A stretch of 42,590 nt of DNA from a virus: positions 1 through 42,590 of IMG/VR virus record IMGVR_UViG_3300033273_000098; one strand, given 5' to 3'. The stretch's first letter is position 1; each line of letters starts with the position of its first letter. A model generated the notes under the pieces. It was not told where the DNA came from, did not search any database, and was given only the letters and a program-made list of their open reading frames with translations. The translations under genes and the position numbers were made by a program. Shown in pieces: positions 24,171 through 34,512 of the stretch.

Positions 24171-24449
24171 ATGGCGTTAGAGGACAAACTCGACCTACTG
24201 GTCAGTAAATACACACGACGTCAGATCCCTAGCCTCGAGGCATCGATCCGTTTCTACATCCAGGACGAGCTTCAGAGGATCGAACAGGCGATCTCAATAT
24301 TGGCTGACGCTGCCCCGCAGGTAGCTGACGCCGAGCCTGAATCAAAACGAAAAGGCATGGTGCGATATGCCGTGTCACCTTGGAACCCTCTCGGCAACAA
24401 CTACGAGGGTCTCGTTGTCTACAATGGCACGAGCTGGGTCCAGGTATAA
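24171..24449 (+). CDS. Hypothetical small virion-module protein
   Basis: 92 aa, with ATG abutting the upstream TAG. The C-terminus is ...VRYAVSPWNPLGNNYEGLVVYNGTSWVQV. Confidence 0.55.
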   Translation: MALEDKLDLLVSKYTRRQIPSLEASIRFYIQDELQRIEQAISILADAAPQVADAEPESKRKGMVRYAVSPWNPLGNNYEGLVVYNGTSWVQV

Positions 24450-24476
24450 AAACAACAAGAATGATTGGAGAAGCCC

Positions 24477-25514
24477 ATGTGGGGTGCAATTATTGGCGGG
24501 GCCTTAGGTCTTGCATCTGCTAACAAGCAGTCAAAGGCCATTGACCGCGCCAACGCTGCAAACATGGCGTCTTTTAACCAGTACAAACCCTATGTGGACT
24601 CAGCGTTATCTGGTGGTAAAGGTGCCCTATCAGACGTATTGAACGCTGGTTACTACCAGGGACCTACGTTAGCTGGTCCAACTGCATACCAAACTGGTGC
24701 AGCTAATGCGCTGGGTTCAGGGGCAGTCAATGCGATCAACAATGGATTCAACATTGCGAATGCTACTGGTGGTTTTGGGCAGAACGCGGCTGACATTTAC
24801 TCTGGTTATCAAAACCTGGCTAACACAGCTGCAAACACGGACCGTATGGCTACTGCAAATGAATATGCCCTGGACAACTACGAGGACATCAGTAACGCAG
24901 TTCTGCGTGATGACCGTCGTGCCCTGTCTAACACTCTAAACAACATCAACATGGCTGCGTCAGGATCTGGTAACATGAACTCGAGCCGCGCAGGTGTTGC
25001 GGATGCAATTGCCAACCGTGACTTCAGAGATCGTGCAGCTGATGTAAACATCGACATCATTAACAGCCTACGCGACAAGAGCTTGCAGCAGCAAGCACAG
25101 CAATTTGCCGACACAGGAACAGCCCTAGCAGGTCAAGGCCAGGCAAACAGCGCAATGGCAGCTGCATACAACCAGGGTCTACAAAATGCTAACCAAGGTT
25201 TCGGCATGGGTATGACTGCTGGTGGTGCCCTACAAGGATACGATCAGGCTGCAATGAACGACGCGCGTGCTAACTTCGAAGGCAACCGCGACTTCAGATT
25301 GAACCAGTACAAGGATTACATGGCTGGCATGTTAGGTCGCGCACCTCAGACGACCAACACAACCTCGGTCAACAAAGTGGATCCGTTCCAGAGCGCAATT
25401 GGCGGTATGATGTCAGGCGCAGGGTTCCAGAACTCAGGCGGTTTCGCTGATATGTTTATCGGCCCACAGCAGGGACCAATGCAGCCAGGTAGCAGCTGGG
25501 GAGGTATCTTCTAA
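24477..25514 (+). CDS. Putative internal virion / ejection protein with N-terminal TMD
   Basis: 345 aa from the ATG with GGAG 6 nt upstream. It has MWGAIIGGALGLASA followed by a long Ala/Asn/Gln/Gly-rich sequence. Confidence 0.5.
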   Translation: MWGAIIGGALGLASANKQSKAIDRANAANMASFNQYKPYVDSALSGGKGALSDVLNAGYYQGPTLAGPTAYQTGAANALGSGAVNAINNGFNIANATGGFGQNAADIYSGYQNLANTAANTDRMATANEYALDNYEDISNAVLRDDRRALSNTLNNINMAASGSGNMNSSRAGVADAIANRDFRDRAADVNIDIINSLRDKSLQQQAQQFADTGTALAGQGQANSAMAAAYNQGLQNANQGFGMGMTAGGALQGYDQAAMNDARANFEGNRDFRLNQYKDYMAGMLGRAPQTTNTTSVNKVDPFQSAIGGMMSGAGFQNSGGFADMFIGPQQGPMQPGSSWGGIF

Positions 25515-26356
25515 TGGCTAACTTCAGTTTTCCAAACGGCATCCTGAACCAAAACACACAGACGCAATTGCCCCTATCGATGGGTCAACCTGCGCTGGCA
25601 AATGGTGTGATGCCACGTCAACCAGCATTACAGGCTGCGACAGGTAACGCACGTCAATCTTCACGCATGCCTATGATCCCAAACAACAAGATTGTCATGG
25701 GTAAAGAAGGCCTATTCCGTATCGGTGGTGCCATGATGGATGGTGCCCTGGATGGTCGCGGTTTCTCAGCTGGTATTGAGGAATATGGCAACATCATGGA
25801 TTACAACCGTGAGCAAGACATGGCTCGGTACCAGGAAGAGGAAGCTCGACGCCTGGAAGATCAACGTCGCCAGGATCTGATGCGTAAGATGTCTGCCGCA
25901 AACGCAAAAACAAAGAAGGGTGACGCTGAAGCTGCCGCAAAGGCTCTAGTTTCATTACAGAACGCACAGGATGTTCTTGATGGCTTTGACAAGCGTGACG
26001 GTATTGTTGGTTGGCAATCATTCTTCTTACGTGGCTGGGACCAAATGACTGGTGACGAGCGTGAGAACATCCGCTTGAAGATTGAGTCAATGAAGGTTGA
26101 CCGTGTGTTGGCAAACATTGCTCAGACAAAAGGTGCGATCTCAGAGAAAGAGATGGACATCTTCATGTCTGACCAACCATCTTGGCTGGCTGGCGAAGAG
26201 ATCTGGCGCAAGTGGATCACTGATTACATGGCTGCGATCCGCGTCATGCATACAAACTTACAGAACGGAACAACTGTCCAAAATGGGGCATCGATTAGCA
26301 CGATGTCTGACAGTGGTGACTACACCATCGAGGAAGTAACACCCTCGGGCACATAG
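25514..26356 (+). CDS. Putative internal virion protein
   Basis: 280 aa with a TAATG overlap. It lies between two ejection-type proteins and has a central charged coiled-coil segment. Confidence 0.45.
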   Translation: MANFSFPNGILNQNTQTQLPLSMGQPALANGVMPRQPALQAATGNARQSSRMPMIPNNKIVMGKEGLFRIGGAMMDGALDGRGFSAGIEEYGNIMDYNREQDMARYQEEEARRLEDQRRQDLMRKMSAANAKTKKGDAEAAAKALVSLQNAQDVLDGFDKRDGIVGWQSFFLRGWDQMTGDERENIRLKIESMKVDRVLANIAQTKGAISEKEMDIFMSDQPSWLAGEEIWRKWITDYMAAIRVMHTNLQNGTTVQNGASISTMSDSGDYTIEEVTPSGT

Positions 26357-26366
26357 GATATGACAT

Positions 26367-29300
26367 ATGGCTGAGTTTCTCATTACGGCTCCAAACGGCA
26401 AACAATACAAAGTCACTGGAGCCACACGAGAGGGTGCTCTAGCCGCTCTGAAACGTCAGCTCGAGGGTGCACCTGCCCAAGCACCAGTTAACCCAGAGGG
26501 CACTGGTGTCGGACGCGCTATTGAGCGTGGTGTGCTTAGAACAGGTCAGGGTCTAAACCTGAATACAGCAGCAAATGCATCTCAGCAGCTGCGCTCTCAG
26601 GACGTAGACCCACTGACGTCTCTCAATCGTATCCTTGACCGCCACTTAGGTCAGTACCCTGGAACACTAGAGGCGATCCGTAATAACGACGAATTACAGG
26701 CACTTGATAGAGTACCTATCGACGCTTGGGTCACTCAAATTGCACGTCAATATGATATCAAGCCTGAGGTCGCAGAACGTATTGCTATCGACTTCAAACG
26801 TATCGAAGCAGGTAAAGCCGAGATGCGTGAAGAGGGTGGTCGTTTTGATCAGATACGTGCCAAAGGTGACGCTGCGTTAGCGGCTGCGTCAGACAAGCAG
26901 CAGCGCATCGATGCACTACCAATGTCACCCACAGCACAGCGCGGTGCCCAGGACTTCCAAGAAGCCGAAGGAGTTCGTGAGTGGGCATCAAGTGCATTTA
27001 AGGATCCTATCGGAGCCTTGGCATTCATCGGTGAGGTGGCAGCTGAGGCTACGCCAGGTATTGCTGCGGGTGTTGGTACATCTGTCATCACAGGTAACCC
27101 ACTTGCGGGTGCAGGTGTCATGATCCTGGCAAGTTCACCACAGACATTCTCTGGTGAATTCGTTGAGTTCCTACGTGAGCAAGACATCGACATCAGTGAT
27201 CCAAACGCAATCAAAGATGCACTTGCTAACGATGATATTCTGGCTACCGCACAGAAACGCGGTTACACCAAGGCCGCAATCGTTGGTATGTTCGAAGCCC
27301 TAGGTATGAAGGGTGGCGGTGGCATCCTAAAACAGACCTTTAAGCAAGGTTTCACAGGTGGTGCTGGTGAGGCATCATCTGACTACGTTTTGAATGGTCA
27401 AATCGACTGGAAAGAAGCAGCACTCGAGGCCGTAGCCGAGGTTGCGACTGTACCAGGTGAAGCTGCGGTCATGACAACACGTAAGATTGTCAACAAAGAC
27501 GGCAGTCTACCAGATCTGAACTCACTTTCAGGCAATGAAAAGCAAGCTGGTGCCGATGTTGCACGTCTATTGCGTGAACTTGCGCAATCAGAGGGCTACA
27601 ACCTACGTGACACCAATGTTTCGTCCGAAAAGGGTGGCAAAAAGGCTCTAGAAGCCGCAAGAAAGCGTATTATTGACCGTTTGCGTGTTCTGAAGTCAGA
27701 TCCAGCGATCAAGCAGTTCCTTTCACCCAAACAGCGTCGGTCATTGGCGCAGTTGATTGACGATTTCGCACCAGCTGATGGTGCATTTCGTGCAGCCAAC
27801 AACAAAGTGTCTGATCGTGTGACGCAAGAGCAGTTTGACGCAGTCATGCGCCTACTACCGCCATCAAAAGAGGCGAGTGAAATTGCCAATTTGCTGATGA
27901 TGTCTAACCAGGTCACAGATCTGTTTAACTCAGGCCTAAAAGGTGGCCTCAGCCAGTACACTGATTACTTCAACCCGTTCATCAAGGACGGTAGTTACGA
28001 CCCTAGCCGTGCCGCAAACATCATCATTGGTACAGGCGCAGGTTTGACACTCGGTCCACTAGCGACAGCTGGTATTGTTGGTGGTGGTCGTACGTTTGAC
28101 TTTGTGACTGGACGCCGCGCATCTGCTCTGGACCGCTTTGTCCGTAAAAACGAGAAGTCCGCAGGTCTACCTACCCCAAGAGGCGCGTCATTGATCGACA
28201 TGGCGCAGTCAGCAACTGATGCAGCTGCGGCCCGTAAAGAGCAAGAAGCAGCACTAAAAGAACAGCGCAAGCAAGAATCCAAAGATCTTAACCTTGAGCT
28301 GACACGTAAGAATGCCCCACCAACACCAGACAGTCCCCAGGACACCCTGGAAGTTGGCACAGGGCTGCATCGTAACAACGTCGCGAGAATCTTGCGTATT
28401 CTGAAAGCCCGTAACGATACGCCCCCAGCATTGCTACGTGCTATCCGTGATTACGAGCAGTCAGTTGCCACTGGCGGTAAGGCTAAAGATCTCAGCCCAC
28501 TAATCCGTGCAGTAAAGCAGTTCCAGCAAGAGAACCCTGGTTACGTTGGTCTGGACTTCCAGCCTAACGACAGCACACGTGCGCCTATCGTTGATCAAAC
28601 ACCTGCCCAGGACAGCCCGACACCCGATGTCACGTCTGAGGCACCGACGTTTGGCCCACAACTGACAACACCTGAGAACTACAACCGTGGCATCGAGGCC
28701 AACAGAACCGCAGCTCAAACCTTGTCTCTCCAGGCACAAAATGATGCGGATCTATCTGTCCAGGACAAAGCTGTCATTGCATCTGCATTAGACAAACTTC
28801 AGGGCAACTTGGGCGCCAACCCTGTCATGAACGCTGAAGCCATCATGGAAGCAGCAGTGAACGCAGGTGTTCCTCAAGAAGCCATCGATGCGTACGTGAA
28901 ACCGTACGTTGACCGTGTGGCACGTCAGCAAACTCGTCAGGATATTCTGCCTGAGTATGACCAGGCTGTGGATCCTACGGTTACATCTGTGGATCCAAAG
29001 AAACCACAAGCCCCACGTTTGGACGAGGCGCAGATCCCTGCCGAAACACGTAAAGTGTACAAGCTGATGAAGGTACAGAAGTCTCGTCCAGGCGAGGTCC
29101 TACCTCTATTTGCAAAGAGCGGTGGCGATAAAGGGCCAGCCAGTGGTTATACATTTGGCGAGTGGTTTGGTGCAGAGAACCAGCGTCCAAAGCTAGGTAA
29201 TAAACTACTAGCACCGCGCCCAGGTATTCACGCGGTAAACCTACCAGTGTTTGACCAGGGTAAAGCCAAGGTCAAAGGTGAACAGCGCGTATGGGTTGAA

Positions 29301-32243
29301 GTAGAGATCCCAGCTGTATCAGCAGAAACACAGGCAGAAAGTGATAACTCACCTGTATTGCCAAACGGTATGCGCACTGGTGTCCAGGATCGCCTGATCG
29401 CACCCAACGAGAGCTACGACTACAAGACCAACCCAAATGCATCTAACGACGCTGGTGGTTGGCCTGTTGCTGGTTCTATGAAGGCACTGCGTATCGTACC
29501 AGATGCAGAGATTGAGCAGATCCTACGTGACAATGGTCTTGATCACCAGGTCGAGAACTCATTCTCAGATGTAGACGCGGCAAAAGCCCAGGAGCTGATG
29601 AACGCAGCTCAACCTGAGTTTGATGCAGCTGTTGAGCCACCAAGCAAACCAGCTCTACAAAACTACATTAACCCACTGAATGTTCCAGAGAATGAAATTG
29701 ACGTCACACGTCTAAACTTCTCACCATCAGAGGCCGACATCCAGGCTATGCGTGACGGGACATACAAACCCGAGCAGAAACGCACCCTGGTTGAGGCAGC
29801 AGCGTTTGTTCACAAGAAGTGGAAGAAGGCAACAGGCCGAGAAGAGCCATTTGAGTACACACCCGAGAATATCGACGTCATCTCAACATATATGGCAACC
29901 GAGGCTGTCAACGCACTTCAAAGTGACGCTAATGCCATCGGATGGTATGACCGTAAGTTGAAAGCAGCGAAAGCAGTGGTGTCTCTAGTAGACCCACGGG
30001 TCACACAGTCACCCGACGCTGAAGCAGCGTTTGACTTTGCCCTGGCTGTTACATCAAACGGTCAGGCGGTAGCGGACAACTTCCAGTATGCACATGAAGT
30101 ATTCAGCTACTTTATGGATAACGGTAAGATGCCAACAGACACCTGGGGCAAAGGTGGTGAACGTAATGCGGCAATGACCGAGGCGTTCAGCTTCTTCAAT
30201 GCTTACCAGGCATCTGGTGCCAACATGCCGATCCAGGACTTCTTGGATTCCGATTTCACTGTGAAAGAGCTGAACGACTACATCAGCAAGTTCAACGCGC
30301 AGTATGGAACAGAAATCAAGGTACCATCATCAGAGGGTGCAAATGCCCCTGTCAAAGGCTCATACATCATTGGGCCAAAGATTGGTCAGGGCTTCTACCA
30401 GAACATCCGTGGAAACTACGATCCACTGACGATGGACATCTGGTGGATGCGTATGTGGAACCGTATGGTCGGACGTCCGTTCGAGGCACAGAAAGATGTG
30501 TCAAAGAACCGTGCACGTATCCGTGAAGCGGTGAAGCTAAAGAACCAGGATCAACTTGAGAAATCGATCACAAACGAAGTTCTCAGCGATATGGGCATCA
30601 AACGCAGTGCTCTTAAAGATGACGCTGTACTGGATGATTTTGTCAGACGTGCCGAAAGTAAGTATCAAAGTTTCTTCCGTAAGAAGTCACAAGAGCTGAA
30701 AGGTACAAAGCAGAAAGTACCAAAACCTGAGCTGTTCAAAGCCACAGGTACAATGGTCAAGAACCTAGATCCTCAGCTGCAAGCACAGCCAAAAGGCCCA
30801 AGTGAACGCGCGTACATGCGTGACGTCACAAAGGCTGCAATCGCGAAACTTCGTGATCTTGGCTATGACATTTCCACAGCTGACTTCCAGGCATTAATGT
30901 GGTATCCAGAGAAACAACTATTTAGACATTTAGGTGTTGCCCCTGGAAGAGGCGCAGATAATGACTATCTAGATGCTGCAATCATGCTTGCGGAAAGCGA
31001 GGGAATATCAAATGAGCAAATCCAAAAAGCACTCCCCGATCCAGACGGAGACGGAGCAGTCAATAATCAGCCAAGTTCCCCAGGAACAGATGAAGGAGTT
31101 TATCGAGGGTCTAGTGGCCCTGGCTCAGTCGAGGCGCAACCAGCCCTCTTCCCAGCCCTCTCAAGAGGCAATGAGGGAACAGCTGGCAGCGGAGACACAA
31201 CAGGATCCCAGCCTGGCGGCTCTCTACCCGTCACAACGCTCGGGCGTATTAAGCAAGCCCTAACTCGTCATCGAGCAGCCTACCAGGTAGGTAAGAAAGG
31301 TAGTGAATTCGAGAACGGGATCCAGGACATGGAAACCGCTCTAAGTTTCGCCAAAGCTATGGGTCAAACAGTTCGTCTGTTTAACTCAATGGAAGCCCTG
31401 AACAACGAGATCGATAGACAAGGTCTCCCAGGTGCTGGATCCACAGCTGCCATTTTCTACAAAGGAACGAAACTCGATCCATTCGGAAAGTGGTATCTAG
31501 ATCCGAAAGCCAAGGGCTTCGAAGGTCTGGTGTTTGCATTGAAACCAGGTGCAAAGAGACCAGACGGATCAAGAGTCAATGACACTGAGGCACTGATGTA
31601 TCTCCTACACGAGATATCTCATGGCCTGACACTCGGTAACATCGAAGGCGGTGCGCAAGGTAAATCCACGCCATTCGCTAACCCTGTCAGCCGAACAAAT
31701 GACAGTGTCACGCCGAACTCGTTCGCGGGTTCAGCTCTTTACCCACTCGTCATGAACTCAAACTTCAAGCAGCGCGATGCCGTTCTTGAAGAGATCAGCA
31801 ATGTGCAAGTTAACCTGGATGCGTTTACGACAAACAATCCCGGGGAAAGGGCTGCGGTCCGTAACGTGCGAAAACTGATTGCACAACATGACCGGGCAAA
31901 GGCAGAGGGTGCAAGTGAATCAGAACTGTTTACATACAAACAGAACCTGTCTGAATACGCTGAGTACATGGAGAACATTCGTGAGACAGCAGTGGATCCA
32001 GTTTGGATTTATCTGATGAACCCATCACTAGCCAAGAAGGTGATGCCTAAGACAACTGCATTGATTCAGTCTGAGTTTAACAAAGCGAAAGACCCAAAGA
32101 TTCAGTTCTACAGTCATCCTCTGGCAGTAGTGGCAGCTGTTGTTGCTGCAATGCTGGCCCAGGGCGAAGAAGACGAGAAGCAAAAGCAAATGCCACCAGG
32201 CGCATTGAACCAACCAATGATGCCTGGAGCACTGTCTGCATAA
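26367..32243 (+). CDS. Giant internal virion / ejection protein (gp16-like role) with HExxH motif
   Basis: 1958 aa, the largest gene. It has Gly/Ala-rich hydrophobic segments near residues 220-260 and LLHEISHGL at nt 31608-31622. A hydrophobic stretch PLAVVAAVVAAMLA lies near the C-terminus. Confidence 0.6.
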   Translation: MAEFLITAPNGKQYKVTGATREGALAALKRQLEGAPAQAPVNPEGTGVGRAIERGVLRTGQGLNLNTAANASQQLRSQDVDPLTSLNRILDRHLGQYPGTLEAIRNNDELQALDRVPIDAWVTQIARQYDIKPEVAERIAIDFKRIEAGKAEMREEGGRFDQIRAKGDAALAAASDKQQRIDALPMSPTAQRGAQDFQEAEGVREWASSAFKDPIGALAFIGEVAAEATPGIAAGVGTSVITGNPLAGAGVMILASSPQTFSGEFVEFLREQDIDISDPNAIKDALANDDILATAQKRGYTKAAIVGMFEALGMKGGGGILKQTFKQGFTGGAGEASSDYVLNGQIDWKEAALEAVAEVATVPGEAAVMTTRKIVNKDGSLPDLNSLSGNEKQAGADVARLLRELAQSEGYNLRDTNVSSEKGGKKALEAARKRIIDRLRVLKSDPAIKQFLSPKQRRSLAQLIDDFAPADGAFRAANNKVSDRVTQEQFDAVMRLLPPSKEASEIANLLMMSNQVTDLFNSGLKGGLSQYTDYFNPFIKDGSYDPSRAANIIIGTGAGLTLGPLATAGIVGGGRTFDFVTGRRASALDRFVRKNEKSAGLPTPRGASLIDMAQSATDAAAARKEQEAALKEQRKQESKDLNLELTRKNAPPTPDSPQDTLEVGTGLHRNNVARILRILKARNDTPPALLRAIRDYEQSVATGGKAKDLSPLIRAVKQFQQENPGYVGLDFQPNDSTRAPIVDQTPAQDSPTPDVTSEAPTFGPQLTTPENYNRGIEANRTAAQTLSLQAQNDADLSVQDKAVIASALDKLQGNLGANPVMNAEAIMEAAVNAGVPQEAIDAYVKPYVDRVARQQTRQDILPEYDQAVDPTVTSVDPKKPQAPRLDEAQIPAETRKVYKLMKVQKSRPGEVLPLFAKSGGDKGPASGYTFGEWFGAENQRPKLGNKLLAPRPGIHAVNLPVFDQGKAKVKGEQRVWVEVEIPAVSAETQAESDNSPVLPNGMRTGVQDRLIAPNESYDYKTNPNASNDAGGWPVAGSMKALRIVPDAEIEQILRDNGLDHQVENSFSDVDAAKAQELMNAAQPEFDAAVEPPSKPALQNYINPLNVPENEIDVTRLNFSPSEADIQAMRDGTYKPEQKRTLVEAAAFVHKKWKKATGREEPFEYTPENIDVISTYMATEAVNALQSDANAIGWYDRKLKAAKAVVSLVDPRVTQSPDAEAAFDFALAVTSNGQAVADNFQYAHEVFSYFMDNGKMPTDTWGKGGERNAAMTEAFSFFNAYQASGANMPIQDFLDSDFTVKELNDYISKFNAQYGTEIKVPSSEGANAPVKGSYIIGPKIGQGFYQNIRGNYDPLTMDIWWMRMWNRMVGRPFEAQKDVSKNRARIREAVKLKNQDQLEKSITNEVLSDMGIKRSALKDDAVLDDFVRRAESKYQSFFRKKSQELKGTKQKVPKPELFKATGTMVKNLDPQLQAQPKGPSERAYMRDVTKAAIAKLRDLGYDISTADFQALMWYPEKQLFRHLGVAPGRGADNDYLDAAIMLAESEGISNEQIQKALPDPDGDGAVNNQPSSPGTDEGVYRGSSGPGSVEAQPALFPALSRGNEGTAGSGDTTGSQPGGSLPVTTLGRIKQALTRHRAAYQVGKKGSEFENGIQDMETALSFAKAMGQTVRLFNSMEALNNEIDRQGLPGAGSTAAIFYKGTKLDPFGKWYLDPKAKGFEGLVFALKPGAKRPDGSRVNDTEALMYLLHEISHGLTLGNIEGGAQGKSTPFANPVSRTNDSVTPNSFAGSALYPLVMNSNFKQRDAVLEEISNVQVNLDAFTTNNPGERAAVRNVRKLIAQHDRAKAEGASESELFTYKQNLSEYAEYMENIRETAVDPVWIYLMNPSLAKKVMPKTTALIQSEFNKAKDPKIQFYSHPLAVVAAVVAAMLAQGEEDEKQKQMPPGALNQPMMPGALSA

Positions 32244-32262
32244 GACCCCCAAGGAGAGCGAA

Positions 32263-32610
32263 ATGTACAAAACGGCATTGGACCTAGTTCCAATCCTAGA
32301 GGCTATTGATGTCGTGAAGTCATCAAAGCTCCTAACCAAAGCACAGCAGAACACAATGTTGCGTGAGATTGCCTATGCGATCCCTGCACCTGTGTTCTGC
32401 AAGCAATGTCCAGAGACACTGTCCATCATAAACAGCTTAGTGGAGACGACAGATGGGTCACGTACCGAACGAGCCTCGAAAGAAGAAACCAAAGAAGCCA
32501 AAAAACCCAAACCTAGCGCGACCAGGTCCAAACAACTGGATAGTGCAGCAGCACCTAACACCAGAAGGCCGCGCAAAGCGTCAGGAGATGCTGGCAAATC
32601 GAAAGAATAA
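32263..32610 (+). CDS. Hypothetical protein with Lys-rich disordered tail
   Basis: 115 aa with AAGGAG upstream. The first 190 nt are the only open frame there. The last 158 nt overlap the TerS-like ORF in another frame. Confidence 0.5.
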   Translation: MYKTALDLVPILEAIDVVKSSKLLTKAQQNTMLREIAYAIPAPVFCKQCPETLSIINSLVETTDGSRTERASKEETKEAKKPKPSATRSKQLDSAAAPNTRRPRKASGDAGKSKE

Positions 32611-32929
32611 AGGTGGTCGCCCCCTAGGCGTCCCCGATGGTCACTCCAAAGAGACGATAAAGCCAATCGTGGAGAAGGCACAAAAAGAAGCAAAGAAGGT
32701 CGTAAGTATCATGAAGAAAGAGTATGACATCGAGGATCCACGCGCCGAAGAGGCCTTGGAAACCGCAGTCGAAATCATGCGTACACCTGTGCACAATCGA
32801 GACCGCTTGCAAGCAGCTAAGTTGATCCTCGATTTTACTAAGGTCAAACCAGTTGCGAAGTCCGAGATCACAGTTGGCAAGGCCGAAGAGTTCCTAAGCT
32901 CACTACTCGATGGTGACAAAGAGGAATAG
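32453..32929 (+). CDS. terS: Putative terminase small subunit
   Basis: 158 aa, immediately upstream of terL, with GGAG 7 nt upstream. It has a basic N-terminus with KGGRPLG and a helical C-terminus (RDRLQAAKLILDFTKVKP). The start is uncertain (alternative ATG at 32589). Confidence 0.5.
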   Translation: MGHVPNEPRKKKPKKPKNPNLARPGPNNWIVQQHLTPEGRAKRQEMLANRKNKGGRPLGVPDGHSKETIKPIVEKAQKEAKKVVSIMKKEYDIEDPRAEEALETAVEIMRTPVHNRDRLQAAKLILDFTKVKPVAKSEITVGKAEEFLSSLLDGDKEE

Positions 32930-32932
32930 CAG

Positions 32933-34510
32933 ATGGCAACTAAGGAGCAGCTAGTTGCAGTTCGTAAGCGTCTTTATGAGGACTTTGACTTCTATGCCAA
33001 GTCGGCACTGAAGATCAGAACGAAGGAAGGCAAGATTGCTCCCCTCAAGCTACGCCCTGCACAAAAGATATTAGAAGAGGCTGTCGTCAAACAGATGGCC
33101 TCTGAAGGTAAGGTCCGTGTCATCATCCTGAAGGCGCGACAGCAGGGCCTGTCTACATATGTGGGCGGCTACCTGTATTTCAGTGTTTCCCAGCGCAAGG
33201 CCGCAAAGGCCATGGTGATTACCCACCATTCAGACAGTACTCGAGCTTTGTTTGATATGACCAAGCGTTATCACGAGAACTGCCCTGAGATCCTGAAGCC
33301 ACACACAAAGTACTCTTCACGACGTGAACTATCGTTTGACGTTCTGGACAGTTCTTATGTCGTTGCGACAGCTGGTGGTGAGGCCATTGGTCGAGGCGAG
33401 ACGCTGACACACGTCCATGCGTCAGAGCTTGCGTTCTGGAACAAGACAACGGCCCTGGAGAACTGGAACGGCCTGACCCAGGCGGTACCTAACGCACCAG
33501 GCACAGCTATCTTTGTCGAGAGCACAGCCAACGGTGTCTCGGGTATCTTCTACGACCTGTGGAAAGGTGCTGTCGAAGGCACCAATGGATACGTGCCAGT
33601 GTTCATTCCCTGGTTCATGGATCCTGACTATCGAGAGCCAGTGCCCGAGAACTTCGAGCGTACGCCAGACGAGGAAGAGCTGGCAGAGAAATATGACCTG
33701 GATGACGAGCAGTTGATGTTCCGTCGTCGCAAGGTCGCACAGAACGGAATCGACCTGTTCAAACAGGAATACCCCTCAGAGCCTGAGGAAGCCTTCCTGA
33801 CGACAGGTAGACCCGTGTTTAACCCTGAGCAGCTGCAAGAGAACATGGGCAATGCCAGGGACCCTGAGGCGCGTCTAGCGTTAGAGGGCGAAGAGTGGCT
33901 GAACAACGCCAGGGGTGAGCTAACGATGTATCGTAAGCACGACCCAGGTGAACAGTATGTCATTGGTGCTGACGTCGCTATGGGCGTCCGTGGCGGTGAC
34001 TACAGTGTTGCCCAGGTACTCGACAGTAAGAAACGACAAGTTGCAACATGGCGTGGTCATATACATCCTGATTATTATGCCACGGTCCTGTACCACCTAG
34101 GTATGTTTTACAACACGGCTCACATCTGTGTTGAGAACAACGGTCACGGTCTATTGACGTGCACCAGGTTAGCTAAGGATATGAACTATCCGTCTTTCTA
34201 CACTGAGGTCCAGGTCGACAAGATCTCCGACAAAGAGACTGTCAAACTTGGTTTCTCTACCACTGCAAAAACCAAACCCATGGTCATCGATGAACTACGC
34301 GCAGCAGTGCGTGACGGTGACATCGAGCTAAACGACAAAGTCACGATCCGTGAAATGCTCACGTACATTGTGACCGAGACAGGTGCCATGGAAGCCGAGC
34401 AGGGGTGTTATGACGACTGCGTCATGTCCCTGGCATTAGCGAACCACGTCCACGAGGGCGTTTGGGAACCAATAGAAAGTGCCGATGATTTCTACATTAG
34501 AATGGTCTGA
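32933..34510 (+). CDS. terL: Terminase large subunit
   Basis: 525 aa. It has the Walker A-like VIILKARQQGLST and ATPase/nuclease-type blocks (THVHASELAFW, VESTANG, YSVAQVLD...HICVENNGHG...CYDDCVMSLA). Confidence 0.85.
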   Translation: MATKEQLVAVRKRLYEDFDFYAKSALKIRTKEGKIAPLKLRPAQKILEEAVVKQMASEGKVRVIILKARQQGLSTYVGGYLYFSVSQRKAAKAMVITHHSDSTRALFDMTKRYHENCPEILKPHTKYSSRRELSFDVLDSSYVVATAGGEAIGRGETLTHVHASELAFWNKTTALENWNGLTQAVPNAPGTAIFVESTANGVSGIFYDLWKGAVEGTNGYVPVFIPWFMDPDYREPVPENFERTPDEEELAEKYDLDDEQLMFRRRKVAQNGIDLFKQEYPSEPEEAFLTTGRPVFNPEQLQENMGNARDPEARLALEGEEWLNNARGELTMYRKHDPGEQYVIGADVAMGVRGGDYSVAQVLDSKKRQVATWRGHIHPDYYATVLYHLGMFYNTAHICVENNGHGLLTCTRLAKDMNYPSFYTEVQVDKISDKETVKLGFSTTAKTKPMVIDELRAAVRDGDIELNDKVTIREMLTYIVTETGAMEAEQGCYDDCVMSLALANHVHEGVWEPIESADDFYIRMV

Positions 34511-34512
34511 AC

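Noticed and set aside
32263-32929. A programmed -1 frameshift fusing ORF 32263 to the TerS-like ORF at the A-run
   Set aside because: The TerS frame is +1, not -1, relative to the upstream ORF. The A AAA AAC heptamer is in phase only for the TerS frame, so a canonical -1 slip cannot join them. It is kept only as an unexplained overlap.
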